Positions 48,412 to 60,500 of a stretch of 64,000 bases of DNA are shown piece after piece (position 1 is the first letter of the stretch; the number at the start of each line of letters is the position of its first letter). Source of the stretch: a virus; the IMG/VR virus record IMGVR_UViG_3300030328_001739, positions 6,453 to 70,452 of that record. One strand, given 5' to 3'. A program made the position numbers and the translations under genes. The notes beneath the pieces were generated by a model. It saw only the letters and a list, made by a program, of their open reading frames with translations, did not search any database and was not told where the DNA came from.

Positions 48412-48940
48412 ATTAAGTTATTTTAATTTATTCGTTTTTACAAGTGTATATGGGGGATGTTTAATGTTAGGGTTATTAGGGGCTAAGTTGATAAATCAAA
48501 GACCTCCTCGAAAGAACATGACACAGATGAAGATGACTAATCCTAATGAAACTCTAATGCTAACTTTTGGTATGGGTGTAGTTATGGCTTGGGTAGTTAT
48601 AGCAGCAACAGCATCGTACTTTAGTATAGTAGAACAACGTGAGATTTCAGATTCACAACTAACAGTTATTGGTCTATTAGGTGGTCCTGCACTTCTTATT
48701 ATAACTAGTGTCTTAGATTTATTCAAAGGTAAAGAAAGTGCTAAAATAGCAGTTTTACCCGACAGACTTTCTGCTGACGTACAAGCAACTGACGCAGAAA
48801 AGACTCACGTAAGACTATTAGAAGAGTATAAGATGAAGCATGACCTAGAAATGGAGAAAATGCAGAAACAACACACTTTAGATATGGAAGCATACCAAAT
48901 TACCAACAAGAAGGTAGTTAAGGATGCGAAGAAACAATGA
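48404..48940 (+). CDS. membrane protein (2-3 TM) with C-terminal coiled coil
   Basis: Hydrophobic segments; possible lysis or holin-like role, unproven. Confidence 0.55.
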   Translation: MSELSYFNLFVFTSVYGGCLMLGLLGAKLINQRPPRKNMTQMKMTNPNETLMLTFGMGVVMAWVVIAATASYFSIVEQREISDSQLTVIGLLGGPALLIITSVLDLFKGKESAKIAVLPDRLSADVQATDAEKTHVRLLEEYKMKHDLEMEKMQKQHTLDMEAYQITNKKVVKDAKKQ

Positions 48941-48998
48941 ATTACGAAGGACATCGTTTTATTGTTTACATTCTTAGATTGATAGGGGTTGTATTATA

Positions 48999-49337
48999 GT
49001 GTGGGAATATAGTGCCGAGATACTTCGTGTGGTTGATGGTGATACTGTTGACGTTAGAGTGGACTTGGGTTTTAAGGTTCATTTTAACGTAAGAGTTAGA
49101 TTATACGGATTGAATGCTCCTGAATCCCGAACAAGAGATTTAGAAGAAAAGAAATTAGGTTTGGCTGCTAAAGAAAGGCTAGACCAACTACTCGAAAACA
49201 AGGATATAGTCTTGAAGTCGCATGGTGTAGGTAAGTTTGGTCGTTGTTTAGGAACTTTGTACGCAAATAAAACCAACGTCAACGCACAGTTGATAAATGA
49301 GGGTCATGCTACTGAATACTATGGCGGCAAGAGGTGA
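48999..49337 (+). CDS. thermonuclease (SNase) family protein
   Basis: RVVDGDT, RVRLYGLNAPE, GKFGRCLG, LINEGHA. Confidence 0.9.
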   Translation: MWEYSAEILRVVDGDTVDVRVDLGFKVHFNVRVRLYGLNAPESRTRDLEEKKLGLAAKERLDQLLENKDIVLKSHGVGKFGRCLGTLYANKTNVNAQLINEGHATEYYGGKR

Positions 49338-50170
49338 AGATGTTGACAGCAGAAGAAGCAGAGTCAATTATAGAAACAATTAACGATAGGGCGCAAGAAC
49401 TAAGGTCTTTAATGATTACCCTTGCATCTATTATAGCACTTGTAATGCCGGGAATGGAAGCAGTAGGTATTCTCGATTTTACACCATACGGTAATGGAGA
49501 CGACGAATGGATTACTGATGATGATTGGGAAATGGGTGATGACTTTACCTGCGGTGATGGTTCTGTTATCCAAAACTCACTTGTTAATGACGGTTACAAG
49601 AACTGTCGAGATGGTTCAGACGAACCCGATGATAATTCATTTACTAATGGGGATAACGATACCGTCATTGTGCGACTCGAAGGTTGCACCGATTCTGAGG
49701 CTTTGAATTATGATTCAGAAGCAGAAGAAGATGATGGTTCGTGCGAGTATGAAGAAGAACCCGAAGAAACAGGTGGTTGTACTGACCCCGAAGCATTAAA
49801 CTACGACCATTATGCTGACTTTGACGATGGTTCGTGTGAGTATCGTGAAGGGCAACCATGCGACCCTGAAATGTATGATGCTTACTTTGAATACAACAAT
49901 ACTACTATAACTTTCCATTGGGATGCTGATTTAATTTGCGATAATGAACCTCACAACTTAACAGTCATTTGGACTATATATGAAAACGAAACTGGTAATT
50001 GGACTGGTATACAACCACACTTAACTTACGAAACATATTATCAAGATTGGGATTATGTTAATGTAACTGCTGGTAATCTAACAAAAGGTAAGTATGATAT
50101 ATTTGCTACCTTTGAAATACACGGTGATTATTCTAGAGCAGTAGATTGGTATGCGGTGGATTTAGAATGA
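49334..50170 (+). CDS. membrane-anchored Cys-rich protein with LDLa-like module and two GCTD repeats
   Basis: FTCGDG..VNDGYKNCRDGSDE; GCTDxEALNYDxxAxxDDGSCEY twice; N-terminal TM. Confidence 0.75.
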   Translation: MKMLTAEEAESIIETINDRAQELRSLMITLASIIALVMPGMEAVGILDFTPYGNGDDEWITDDDWEMGDDFTCGDGSVIQNSLVNDGYKNCRDGSDEPDDNSFTNGDNDTVIVRLEGCTDSEALNYDSEAEEDDGSCEYEEEPEETGGCTDPEALNYDHYADFDDGSCEYREGQPCDPEMYDAYFEYNNTTITFHWDADLICDNEPHNLTVIWTIYENETGNWTGIQPHLTYETYYQDWDYVNVTAGNLTKGKYDIFATFEIHGDYSRAVDWYAVDLE

Positions 50171-50394
50171 GTGATGCTTTATCTACATTTTCGATGGTTG
50201 AGGATTATGGTCTACCTCTAGTACTTTTATTAGGTTCAATCTACGCATTATATAGGTTTATGGTTTTCGCTCTTTATGAAGTAAAGAATGAGTTTGGCGC
50301 ACACCATATAAAAGCCAAAGACGATATGCAAGATGTGAAAGTCCAACTTGCTGAAATAAAAACAAAATTGGATATGATGTTAAAAGATAAATGA
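50168..50394 (+). CDS. small membrane protein
   Basis: One TM plus coiled coil; ATGA-coupled start MSDALS. Confidence 0.55.
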
Positions 50395-50524
50395 GATGAT
50401 TAATCTTGCTAGATGTTTGTTGTATTCTAGTAGGTATGTTTCTATTAGCATTTATGTTCTTAAATCCCGATAAACTACCTTAAGTTTGATAAACTTGATA
50501 AGTTAGTGGAATACTGCGACAATT

Positions 50525-52123
50525 ATGGGTTGTGGCTGTGGCTGTGGTGGCGAAGTAGTTTCTGATAAAAATTGTGAAGAAACAGACATAAGAGCAAAGA
50601 TGGAAGATTACATCTTTATGGATGAAGAAGGAGCGATTGAGAAATCTAAAGAAATAGGTTTTGATGGTAATACTCATACAAGTACAACAGCAGATGGAGG
50701 AACATTATATTTTCCTGCTAATACAGAGGAAGAGTTTCTTGATTGGTATAGAGAAAACGACCCTGACGCTGAACAAGAACTTGAGGCTCAAGAAGAAGGA
50801 GATGACATATATAATACCCCCGAGGAAGCAAGGGAGAGAGCAAAGGAATTAGGTTGTTCCTCTATACATACACACACGCACGAAGATGGAAGTACCTTGT
50901 ATATGCCTTGCGAAAGTATGGAAGCATACGAGGAAAAGAAAAAGGGTACAGCAGGTTATAGTGATGGTCCATCCTGTCCCCCCGGAAAAGAATTAAGGGA
51001 TGGTAAGTGTGTTGAAATAGCAGTTACTTTAGAAGTAGAGATTCAAGAAATAGCAACTAGCATAGAAGCATCAACAGGTTCAACAGTAATACACATGAAG
51101 GGTACTGCATTCCACGAAGGATATAACAAAAACAATTGGCAGATAACCAATACCCTAGCAGAAACAGTAGCAACAAACATGATTGGCTCAGATGTAACAC
51201 TAAATCATCCTAGTATTAAGAACGGTAGGTTTACACGTAACATGACAGGAGGTATTGATGAAGCAATAGTTGGTTATGTTACTGATGCTTATGTAATTTA
51301 TAGCGGTTATTCTTGGGAAGTTAAGTTTGCTGCTGACATAGTAAGAGAAGAATTATTCTCTAGTTTAGAATCAGGTCTTTGGTTAAGAGAAGGATACGGT
51401 GTATCAATAGGTGGTACTGGTATTCCTGATGCAGCCGAAGAAGATGAGAACGGAAGAAGTATGATTACCTTTTCATCTAATTTCCAATTCGACCATTTGG
51501 CGATAGTACATAATCCAGCATACGGCAGAGCCAAAATTGACTCTGTTGAGCGTAAAGATATAGAATTATCCGCTACGGTTATATATGACTCTGACAATGG
51601 CTTAGAATATCCGAAAGGAGAAGTGAATATTATGAGCGAATCTGAAAACACTAATATAGAAGACAATTCCGCAGAAATGGAAGCACTAAGAGCAAGTAAA
51701 ATATTGCTCGAAGCGCAAGTTGCGGCATTCGAGAACGAAAAGGCTATGGCAGCAGAAGCAGAGAGAGCAGTCCTTGTAGAAGAGGCATCCTCTCTAGGTA
51801 TGAAAGGACACGATGACCTTTCAACCGCTACACTAACTGGCTTAATTGCATCATGGAACGAAGCACATCCAGCAGTTGAAGAACCAGTAGTTGAGATGAA
51901 ACCAGTAGGTGCATCCGTAGAAGAAGAAGTTATTGCGCCAGTAGCAACAACAGAATCAACAGAAGTAGTTGCTAACTACTTTAACAAAGAGCGCATTGAA
52001 ACACCAGTTGATGTATACTCAAAAGCATACAACACATGGGTTAGCGCATGGAACAGAACACTCACACCGGCTGAATCCCAATTTAGGGCTAAGTCATATG
52101 AGACAATAAGGGGCGATAACTGA
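50525..52123 (+). CDS. prohead protease/scaffold with N-terminal DUF3721-like repeats
   Basis: Two EEA..AKE.G...H.....Y.P repeats; NKNNW, LNHP, VSIG, HLAIVHNPAY protease motifs; acidic coiled-coil C-terminus. Confidence 0.75.
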   Translation: MGCGCGCGGEVVSDKNCEETDIRAKMEDYIFMDEEGAIEKSKEIGFDGNTHTSTTADGGTLYFPANTEEEFLDWYRENDPDAEQELEAQEEGDDIYNTPEEARERAKELGCSSIHTHTHEDGSTLYMPCESMEAYEEKKKGTAGYSDGPSCPPGKELRDGKCVEIAVTLEVEIQEIATSIEASTGSTVIHMKGTAFHEGYNKNNWQITNTLAETVATNMIGSDVTLNHPSIKNGRFTRNMTGGIDEAIVGYVTDAYVIYSGYSWEVKFAADIVREELFSSLESGLWLREGYGVSIGGTGIPDAAEEDENGRSMITFSSNFQFDHLAIVHNPAYGRAKIDSVERKDIELSATVIYDSDNGLEYPKGEVNIMSESENTNIEDNSAEMEALRASKILLEAQVAAFENEKAMAAEAERAVLVEEASSLGMKGHDDLSTATLTGLIASWNEAHPAVEEPVVEMKPVGASVEEEVIAPVATTESTEVVANYFNKERIETPVDVYSKAYNTWVSAWNRTLTPAESQFRAKSYETIRGDN

Positions 52124-52584
52124 TGCTATACGAAGGAAAAACACCAAGAAACATTGAACTAGAAGATGCAACCGTAGTTTACGGAGCAGGAAAAATATTG
52201 AAAGCAGGGTCAACAGCAAATCACGCTGATTTGAGTACAAACGCTTCGGTTGCTATGGGAATAACAGTAGCATCCTCAAGCCGTGAAGGAGCAGACAACG
52301 CTCTTGATACAGCAGGAGCAACAGTTTCATACATCCCACTAGGAGGGGTAGTTATGGTACAATGTGATGCTGCTTCAACATTCAACTTTGGAGCAACAGT
52401 TTACATCGGAGCAGATGGACTTGCTTCTCACTCATCCTCATCCAGCAAGAAAGTTCTAGGACTTTACGTTGGAGATTCAGCACACGCAGCAACCGCACTT
52501 TCCGCACCACTTTCCGGTGATACAGCATCTCTAACAGAAGGTGCTATGATTGCCGTAGACACGCATGGAGCGGCAATTGCTTAA
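52123..52584 (+). CDS. capsid decoration/cement protein
   Basis: A/G/S-rich beta protein between protease and capsid gene. Confidence 0.6.
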   Translation: MLYEGKTPRNIELEDATVVYGAGKILKAGSTANHADLSTNASVAMGITVASSSREGADNALDTAGATVSYIPLGGVVMVQCDAASTFNFGATVYIGADGLASHSSSSSKKVLGLYVGDSAHAATALSAPLSGDTASLTEGAMIAVDTHGAAIA

Positions 52585-52598
52585 GGAGATGATTAGAT

Positions 52599-53501
52599 AT
52601 GGTACAGACATTAGATGAAATATTAAACGTAAAAGCGGCAGCAGGGCCATTCGGACCCGGAAATGCAGTTATGGAGCAAACTCTCCGTGATTTCATTCAA
52701 CTACAATCAACAATGATTGCTGTTGGAACACAAATAGTCGGTGTAAGAACTGTTGACTGGTTAACATTCAAGTGGTATACTGGTGTAGACGGTACTTTCA
52801 CATACCCTCTAGATGACAACGCAGTTGTTGACCCAACCCACATCGGTACACAGTCCTATGAGGCTAACCTCTTGAAAGGACAAGGTAGAACTGTCTTCCT
52901 AGACAGCACACTACTACGTGGAGAAACCTTTGAGACTATGGATAGACAACAATTGGCTATCGTTAGAAACAGAGCAGACGTTATTGACGACTTAATCCTT
53001 GAGAAATTAATTGATGGAGCAGGTCAATCAGTTGCAGTAACAGCAGGAAGCGAATGGGATACAGCAACAGAAGATGCTGAATCCGACATCCTATCTGCTA
53101 TGGATAAGATTTTCGAGAACGGTAGAGTAAGCGGTGATGAACCACTTGCTATGATAGTTCCAGCAAAACTAAGAAGTGTTTTGCTTAACACAACTCTTTA
53201 CGGTAACGTAGTTGAATCACTATCAGACCACTTGGCTAGAATCGCTAACCTACGTGTTTACTTTAGTAGAAATGTTAGACTTGCAGATACCGCACTATTA
53301 CTAGTGCCGGGTGCTGAGACAGCAGAGTTCTTCCAATACAATGGTGCTGGTTTCATGGAAACAGAATTAACTCGTCTACCGGGCGTTGGTTATGACTGGA
53401 TTCTAACTGGCTACATGGGTTGCGTAATCCACGAACACCAAGATGGCGCAGCATCAGGCAAGAACAACCGCATCTGTAAGATTACCAACGTATCTGCTTA
53501 G
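52599..53501 (+). CDS. major capsid protein (HK97-like)
   Basis: 300 aa after protease and decoration genes; long spine-helix-like segment (RADVIDDLILEKL); GGAG SD. Confidence 0.75.
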   Translation: MVQTLDEILNVKAAAGPFGPGNAVMEQTLRDFIQLQSTMIAVGTQIVGVRTVDWLTFKWYTGVDGTFTYPLDDNAVVDPTHIGTQSYEANLLKGQGRTVFLDSTLLRGETFETMDRQQLAIVRNRADVIDDLILEKLIDGAGQSVAVTAGSEWDTATEDAESDILSAMDKIFENGRVSGDEPLAMIVPAKLRSVLLNTTLYGNVVESLSDHLARIANLRVYFSRNVRLADTALLLVPGAETAEFFQYNGAGFMETELTRLPGVGYDWILTGYMGCVIHEHQDGAASGKNNRICKITNVSA

Positions 53502-53567
53502 ATATAATTGGTTAATTACAGGTGATTACATGGTTAACAGTACAGAAATTAATCTTTACTGCTACTT

Positions 53568-53876
53568 ATGTGGCTGCGGATGCTTTATGGAATGATTAAA
53601 ATGGATGAATATTTGTTAGGATATGCAGAAAGAAGGCTAGGTAAGTCTTTGAGTGATTCTGATAAAGAAGAAATACAGCATTTTACTCTTCGTAAAGAGG
53701 TAAGAGATTGGGCTATGTCTAAAAAGGCAGAGCCTATCTCTAAACCTATCAAGAAAATAGAACCAAAAAAGATTACAAAACCTAAAAAGGCTATTAGTAA
53801 AAAGGAGAGTGTGAAAGTTGAGCAGAGCGTCATTGACATCAAAGTTAAGAAAGAAGAAGATACCGATTCCGAGTGA
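53568..53876 (+). CDS. Lys-rich hypothetical protein
   Basis: Follows the capsid gene; start probably MDEYLL. Confidence 0.5.
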   Translation: MWLRMLYGMIKMDEYLLGYAERRLGKSLSDSDKEEIQHFTLRKEVRDWAMSKKAEPISKPIKKIEPKKITKPKKAISKKESVKVEQSVIDIKVKKEEDTDSE

Positions 53877-54141
53877 GCCTACTATTGCTAATTTAGAGCA
53901 TAGGCTTAATAACTGGGAAGAAGGAGATGGTTGGTTAGTCCGTCTTATAAGAAGACCACGAAAGGCAGGACCACAGAACAAACTCACTAAGGGATTTACA
54001 TATTGGATACCAAATAGCGATTTTGCTCGACAAATTGTTAAATCAGGCGAAGTATTTATGTTAGGGAGGACCCCTGTTTCGCCTAAAGATGCGGTGTTCT
54101 TAGACATCCCAACTAATTTTAACAACGAGGAAGAAGAATGA
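53818..54141 (+). CDS. basic hypothetical protein
   Basis: Operon ORF, ATGA-coupled to the next gene. Confidence 0.5.
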   Translation: MSRASLTSKLRKKKIPIPSEPTIANLEHRLNNWEEGDGWLVRLIRRPRKAGPQNKLTKGFTYWIPNSDFARQIVKSGEVFMLGRTPVSPKDAVFLDIPTNFNNEEEE

Positions 54142-54527
54142 CAATATCGGTAACTACTAGTCAAGTAAGAGATTTACTTAATAGACCTAGAGGTTTAACC
54201 GAAGGAACAATTACAGAATATATTTCAATGAGAACAAACCAAGTAAATAAAGTATCTAGAAATACAAATTACAACGTAGGAGATAATGCGGTAAGTGATG
54301 ACAATAAATCAGATGCAATAAAATATTTAGTTTGTTGTGATTGTTTAAGAGTTTTAATAGATACTGCTCCTATGTACGTTCCCGAAAACGAGTTTAGACA
54401 ACAAGATATACGCTTGCGAACACAGTTAGAAACTATGCAGAAACAAGCGAACTCTCTCCTAGCACTCATAGCGGAAGAAGGCGGCACAGCATTCTATACG
54501 ACACAGAGTAGCACTAGGATTGAGTAA
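54138..54527 (+). CDS. putative head-tail adaptor
   Basis: Helical 129 aa ([16 protein letters not shown]) downstream of the capsid gene. Confidence 0.5.
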   Translation: MTISVTTSQVRDLLNRPRGLTEGTITEYISMRTNQVNKVSRNTNYNVGDNAVSDDNKSDAIKYLVCCDCLRVLIDTAPMYVPENEFRQQDIRLRTQLETMQKQANSLLALIAEEGGTAFYTTQSSTRIE

Positions 54528-54529
54528 GT

Positions 54530-57466
54530 ATGCCGACAGTTTATTATTGGCTAGGAACTACTAATCAAACTGGAAGCACACTTTCTAATTGGAATACAGC
54601 CACTAATGGTAGTGGTTCTGCACCGGCTGATTTAGCAGCACTAAAAGCAGGTCAATTACATTTCACAGGTGCAAACGCAGTAGATTGTGATTTTGATTTA
54701 ACTGATTCCGATGGTATACATATAGCAGCAGATTGGATTAAAGCAGATGGTACGGCTGCTGTATTTGCTCCAGTTACTACAACAACTAATCATTTAGTAT
54801 TAAAAGGGGGTATATGGAAGCCTAGTAGTTCTGTTGTTATTACAATAGATAGTGCTAATGCAGTAGCAACAAGTAATGGTACAATAGTAGAGTTTGGTGA
54901 TGGTTTTTCTTATAACGGAAGCACTAAAACAACAACTACTTTTAATATTACTAATGCAACAGGAGGGGTATTACCTTTTGATGATGGGGAATATCCTAAT
55001 GTTATATTGACAAGTGGTAATTTTCACGTTGCTTATGTAACTACTGCTAGTACACACGGCAAAGTAGATTTTTATTCATTGAATGTAACTAGCAACGCTA
55101 ATTTTTCAAGTATATCATCTGCTAATCATAGTAGCAACGATAAAAACAAAAAGTTCTACTTAGCAACAGATTCTCTAACAATAGCAACTTCTACTTTCTA
55201 TTGCGGTTCTTCACAATGGACTTTTCAAGGTAAAACAAGTGGTTTCTTTGAAGTTCCTAGCAACGGTAATTTAGGGTTTTATGGTAACAACGGTACTTTT
55301 AATTGTGATTTACGTTCAATTGTTATTGATTCTACTGCTAATGGCGTAGGTTCTAAAGCAAGAATATGTAAAGGCGCAGAACTTAACTTAGATTATCTAA
55401 AAATAGAATCAGGTGCATTATTATCATCCACAGAAGGAGGTAAAATATACTGTTCTTCTGCACCAAATATAGAAGGAAGTTGGGCTTTCAAACAAACAGC
55501 AGAGGGTGTATTTATCCCCCATGATGAAGAATTAATATTAGGTATAGGTCATGGTGGTACTGGTGTTAGTACATTAGGTACTTCAAATCAAGTATTACGA
55601 GTAAATGCTGGTAGAACTGGTGTTGAATGGGCTACTGTAACTAGTGGTGGGCCTACTGGTTCTACTGGACCGACTGGCCCTGCCGGAGCAGCAGGTCCAA
55701 CTGGACCGACTGGCCCTACCGGACCTACCGGACCTACTGGTGGTTTAGGGGGTGCTGGTCCTACCGGACCTACCGGACCTACTGGTCCAACAGGAGCAAA
55801 CTCAACGGTTGCTGGACCTACTGGTCCAACAGGACCTACCGGACCTACGGGTTCAACTGGACCTGCTGGCCCAACAGGACCAAGTGGTTCTGATGGTGCA
55901 GATGGCGCAACTGGTCCAGCCGGACCTACTGGTCCGACAGGAGCAACTGGACCTGCTGGTCCTACTGGAGCGACTGGTGCTGCTGGTAGTGATTCAACCG
56001 TAGCAGGACCTACTGGTCCTACCGGACCTACGGGACCTAGTGGACCTGCCGGTCCAACGGGAGCGAGTGGTGCTGCTGGTGCTGCTGGACCAACTGGTCC
56101 AACAGGACCTAAAGGAGATGACGGAGATACTGGACCTACTGGTCCAACTGGATTAACAGGCCCTACTGGTCCTACGGGAGCAACCGGACCTGCTGGAGCA
56201 GATTCTACTGTTGCTGGTCCTCAAGGACCTACTGGTCCAACTGGTGCTACTGGTCCTACTGGACCTGCGGGAGCAGCAGGGGATGACGGACCAACAGGAC
56301 CTACTGGTCCAACAGGAAGTACTGGTCCTACTGGACCTAGTGGAGCAGCAGGAGCAGCAGGGCCAACAGGAAGTACTGGTCCTACTGGACCAACTGGACC
56401 TACTGGTCCTCAAGGAGATGTCGGTGCAACTGGTCCTACTGGGGCAGCAGGGGCAGATTCTACGGTGGCCGGACCTACTGGACCAACAGGTCCAAGTGGA
56501 GCAACAGGACCTACTGGTCCTACTGGTCCTCAAGGAGATGATGGAGATACAGGACCAACAGGTCTTACCGGCCCAACTGGACCAACTGGTGCTGCCGGTC
56601 CTACTGGTCCAACAGGACCTACTGGAAATACTGGCCCTAGTGGTTCTACTGGACCTGCTGGTTCAGATGGAGCAACTGGCCCTGCCGGTCCTACCGGACC
56701 AGCAGGAGCAGATTCAACAGTAGCAGGTCCTACTGGACCTACTGGTCCAACAGGAGCAACCGGACCAACTGGTGCTACTGGCCCTGCCGGTTCTGCGGGT
56801 AGTACAGGTAGTGCAGGTCCTACTGGACCTACTGGTGCTGCCGGTCCTACTGGACCTACTGGACCTGCCGGTGCAAAAGGAGATGATGGGGATACAGGAC
56901 CAGCAGGTCCGACAGGTCTTACTGGTTCGACAGGCCCTACTGGTGCTACCGGACCTGCCGGTGCGGATTCAACAGTAGCAGGACCAACCGGACCAACCGG
57001 ACCAACAGGGGCAACAGGAAGTCAAGGCCCTACTGGAGCAACAGGTCTTACAGGACCTAGTGGACCAACCGGACCAATAGGTCTTACTGGAGCAGCAGGT
57101 CCTACTGGAGCAGCAGGTCCTAGTGGGGCAACAGGAGATACAGGCCCTACTGGTCCTACTGGACCAACAGGTCCGACAGGAAGTACAGGAGCAACAGGCC
57201 CTACTGGACCTGCTGGAGCAGATTCGACAGTCGCAGGACCGACTGGACCAACAGGTCCGACAGGGGCAACAGGCCCTAATGGTCCTACTGGACCAAGTGG
57301 ACCTACTGGGGTTCAAGGAACAACAGGGCCTACTGGTCCTACTGGTCCTACTGGACCGACTGGACCACCAATAGGCGAAGGTTTATCAGTTATTGATATA
57401 GGTCCTTTAGTAACTGATGGAACTGTCTATTCTACTGTCGTTTTCGGCAGTATAGACGCAAGTTAG
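54530..57466 (+). CDS. collagen-like fibre protein 1
   Basis: N-terminal beta-rich domain, GHGGTG fibre motif, then a long G-P-T dominated Gly-X-Y tract with periodic ADSTVA breaks. Confidence 0.9.
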   Translation: MPTVYYWLGTTNQTGSTLSNWNTATNGSGSAPADLAALKAGQLHFTGANAVDCDFDLTDSDGIHIAADWIKADGTAAVFAPVTTTTNHLVLKGGIWKPSSSVVITIDSANAVATSNGTIVEFGDGFSYNGSTKTTTTFNITNATGGVLPFDDGEYPNVILTSGNFHVAYVTTASTHGKVDFYSLNVTSNANFSSISSANHSSNDKNKKFYLATDSLTIATSTFYCGSSQWTFQGKTSGFFEVPSNGNLGFYGNNGTFNCDLRSIVIDSTANGVGSKARICKGAELNLDYLKIESGALLSSTEGGKIYCSSAPNIEGSWAFKQTAEGVFIPHDEELILGIGHGGTGVSTLGTSNQVLRVNAGRTGVEWATVTSGGPTGSTGPTGPAGAAGPTGPTGPTGPTGPTGGLGGAGPTGPTGPTGPTGANSTVAGPTGPTGPTGPTGSTGPAGPTGPSGSDGADGATGPAGPTGPTGATGPAGPTGATGAAGSDSTVAGPTGPTGPTGPSGPAGPTGASGAAGAAGPTGPTGPKGDDGDTGPTGPTGLTGPTGPTGATGPAGADSTVAGPQGPTGPTGATGPTGPAGAAGDDGPTGPTGPTGSTGPTGPSGAAGAAGPTGSTGPTGPTGPTGPQGDVGATGPTGAAGADSTVAGPTGPTGPSGATGPTGPTGPQGDDGDTGPTGLTGPTGPTGAAGPTGPTGPTGNTGPSGSTGPAGSDGATGPAGPTGPAGADSTVAGPTGPTGPTGATGPTGATGPAGSAGSTGSAGPTGPTGAAGPTGPTGPAGAKGDDGDTGPAGPTGLTGSTGPTGATGPAGADSTVAGPTGPTGPTGATGSQGPTGATGLTGPSGPTGPIGLTGAAGPTGAAGPSGATGDTGPTGPTGPTGPTGSTGATGPTGPAGADSTVAGPTGPTGPTGATGPNGPTGPSGPTGVQGTTGPTGPTGPTGPTGPPIGEGLSVIDIGPLVTDGTVYSTVVFGSIDAS

Positions 57467-57504
57467 ATATACCAAATACAATGTAACAAGGAGCAGCGAG
57501 AGAG

Positions 57505-60500
57505 ATGAGTTTAAGTCAGAGTAAGAATCTATTAACAGGAACACAAGCAGAAAGAATTGGGGTAACGCCCGATGGAGCGCAAATGTTTCGTGATACTACT
57601 AGTGGAGCAGTATTTGTAGGGGATGGAAGTACTGCTGGAGGTCATACAATAGATGTTAGGCCTACAATAGAAAAAACAGACCACTATACCTGTATTAGAG
57701 AAGACGAAGGTAGATTGATTATTACCAATAAAGGTAGTGCTATGACAATCACTATTCCCGCTAATTCTAGTGTTGCTTATCCAATAGATTTAACAGAGTT
57801 AAGGATTTTTAACAAAGGTAGTGGTGCTGTAACAATAGCAGGAGCAGGTGGCGTTGCTATAACCGGAGAAACAAATATAATCCAAAATAATAAGGCTTTT
57901 ATTAGAAAAACTGGAAGTAATAATTGGACTGTAATATTATCACAAGGAACTACTGGAGCAACAGGACCGACAGGTCCTACTGGACCTACTGGACCAAGTG
58001 GTCCTACTGGTAGTACTGGTAGCGCAGGTCCAACAGGAGGAACTGGCCCACAAGGACCAGCAGGTCCTACTGGTAGTACTGGCCCTAGTGGACCTACCGG
58101 ACCAACTGGAGCAACTGGACCAACTGGTCCTCAAGGTAATTTTGGTGGTGCTGGTTTTAAGTATGATTTTTCTTCTACTACTACTAGGTCAGACCCCGGG
58201 GCAGGTAAATTAAGACTTAACAATAATACACAAAATGCTAGTACTGGTATCTATATAGATGATTCAGATTTAGACGGCACAGACATTCAAACATTTATGA
58301 GAACAATAGATGACTCTACATCCACTATTAAAGGTCATGTTAAATTGACAAAACTTGATGATACATCTAAGTTTTTAATGATGACTATAACCTCATTAAC
58401 AGAAGAAAGTGGGTATTTCGATATTACTGTCAGCGTAGTGGATTCTTCCGCTTCTAATCCATTTACTGATGGTGATGATTTAGTGATAACATTTGCTAGA
58501 ACTGGAGATAAAGGAGATACTGGTTCTACTGGCCCAACAGGACCGACAGGTTCTAGTGGACCAACAGGTCCAGCAGGGCCTACTGGAGCAGACGGACCAA
58601 CAGGACCGGCAGGTTCAACCGGACCAACAGGTCTTACTGGACCACAAGGAGCAGCAGGACCAACAGGACCGGCAGGTCCGACTGGTAGTACTGGAGCAGC
58701 AGGACCAACAGGACCGGCAGGACCATCAGGTCCTACTGGACCAGCAGGTGCAGATGGAGCAGATTCAACGGTTGCAGGACCAGCAGGTCCAACAGGCCCA
58801 ACTGGGGCTACTGGAGCAGCCGGAGCAACTGGGGCAGCAGGACCAACAGGCCCTACTGGACCGACAGGAAGTCAAGGACCAGCAGGACCAACAGGTCCAG
58901 CCGGAGCAGACGGTTCTGATGGTGGTACAGGTCCTACTGGACCAACCGGACCAACAGGTCCAACAGGACCTAGTGGTAGTACTGGTCCTACTGGTAACAC
59001 AGGTCCTACTGGTAATTTTGGTGGGGCTTCTTTCAAATACGATTTTTCAACGACTACTGCTAATGCAGACCCCGGAGCAGGTAAAGTTAGATTAAGTAGT
59101 AGCACACAAAACACATCTACTAGTATATATCTAGATGATTCTGATTTAGATGGTACTGATATTCAATCCTTTATGAGAACGATAGATGATTCAACTTCTA
59201 CTATTAAAGGACATCTTAAAATTACTAAATATGATGATAATTCTAAGTTTATTATGTTTACTATTTCATCACTTTCAGAAGAAACAGGTTATTTCAATAT
59301 AACTGTAAGTCCTGTTGATTCATCAACTGCTAGTCCATTTTTAGATGGGAATGACGTAGCATTAACATTTGCTAGAACAGGAGATAAAGGAGAAACAGGT
59401 TCTACTGGTCCGACAGGTCCAGCAGGACCTACTGGCTCACAAGGACCGACAGGCCCAACGGGTGCGGCAGGACCAACAGGTCCAGCAGGTTCAGATGGTT
59501 CAGATGGTTCTACTGGTCCTACTGGACCAACAGGTCCCGCAGGTCCTACTGGAGCAACGGGTATAGCAGGACCAACAGGCCCTACTGGAGCGCAAGGTCC
59601 AGCCGGACCTACTGGACCAAGTGGTTCTGATGGTGCGGATGGTGCTGATTCAACGGTAGCAGGTCCTACTGGACCAACAGGCCCTACTGGACCAAGTGGA
59701 CCGACAGGTCCTACTGGGGCATTTGGTGGTGCTTCTTTTGTTTATGATTTTTCTACAAGTACGGCTAATGCAGACCCCGGAAGTGGATATTTAAGACTAA
59801 ATAACTCTACTCAAAATACAGCAACACATATCTATATTGATGATAATGATATAGACGGAGAAGATATTCAATCCTATCTTAGAACAATTGACGATTCTAC
59901 ATCAACTATAAAAGGCCATGTTAAAATTAGTAAGAAAACTGATAGTGGCGAGTTTATCCTATTTACAATCTCATCATTAAGTGAAGCAACAGGATATTTT
60001 GATATTACGGTTGCTGCGGTTGCTTCTTCTGCTAATTCTCCATTTGCTAGCAACGATGACCTTTATGTAACATTTGCTAGGACTGGTGATAAAGGAGATA
60101 CAGGAGCAGCAGGACCAACTGGTCCAACAGGTCCAAGTGGACCGACAGGTCCTAGTGGCTCTGATGGTTCTGATGGTAGTACAGGTCCGACAGGTCCAGC
60201 AGGACCAACTGGTCCCGCAGGTCCAGCAGGTCCAACAGGAGCAGACGGTCCTGATGGTCCAGCAGGTAGTACAGGTCCAACAGGACCAGCAGGTAGTACA
60301 GGTCCAGCAGGTCCAACAGGACCAGCAGGAGCAGCAGGTAGTACAGGCCCTACTGGACCGACAGGTCCTACGGGAGCAACAGGACCATCAGGCCCTACGG
60401 GTACAGCAGGTGCTACATGGACTTCTAGTAATACAACGCCTACTGGTGGTTCTGATGGCGATTTCCATTTCAATACTTCAAATGATAAAGTATACAAAAG

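Noticed and set aside
14089-54141. Many ORFs ending in EEE/GEEE as a shared C-terminal tag
   Set aside because: Explained by GAGGAAGAA acting as the Shine-Dalgarno of the overlapping downstream gene.
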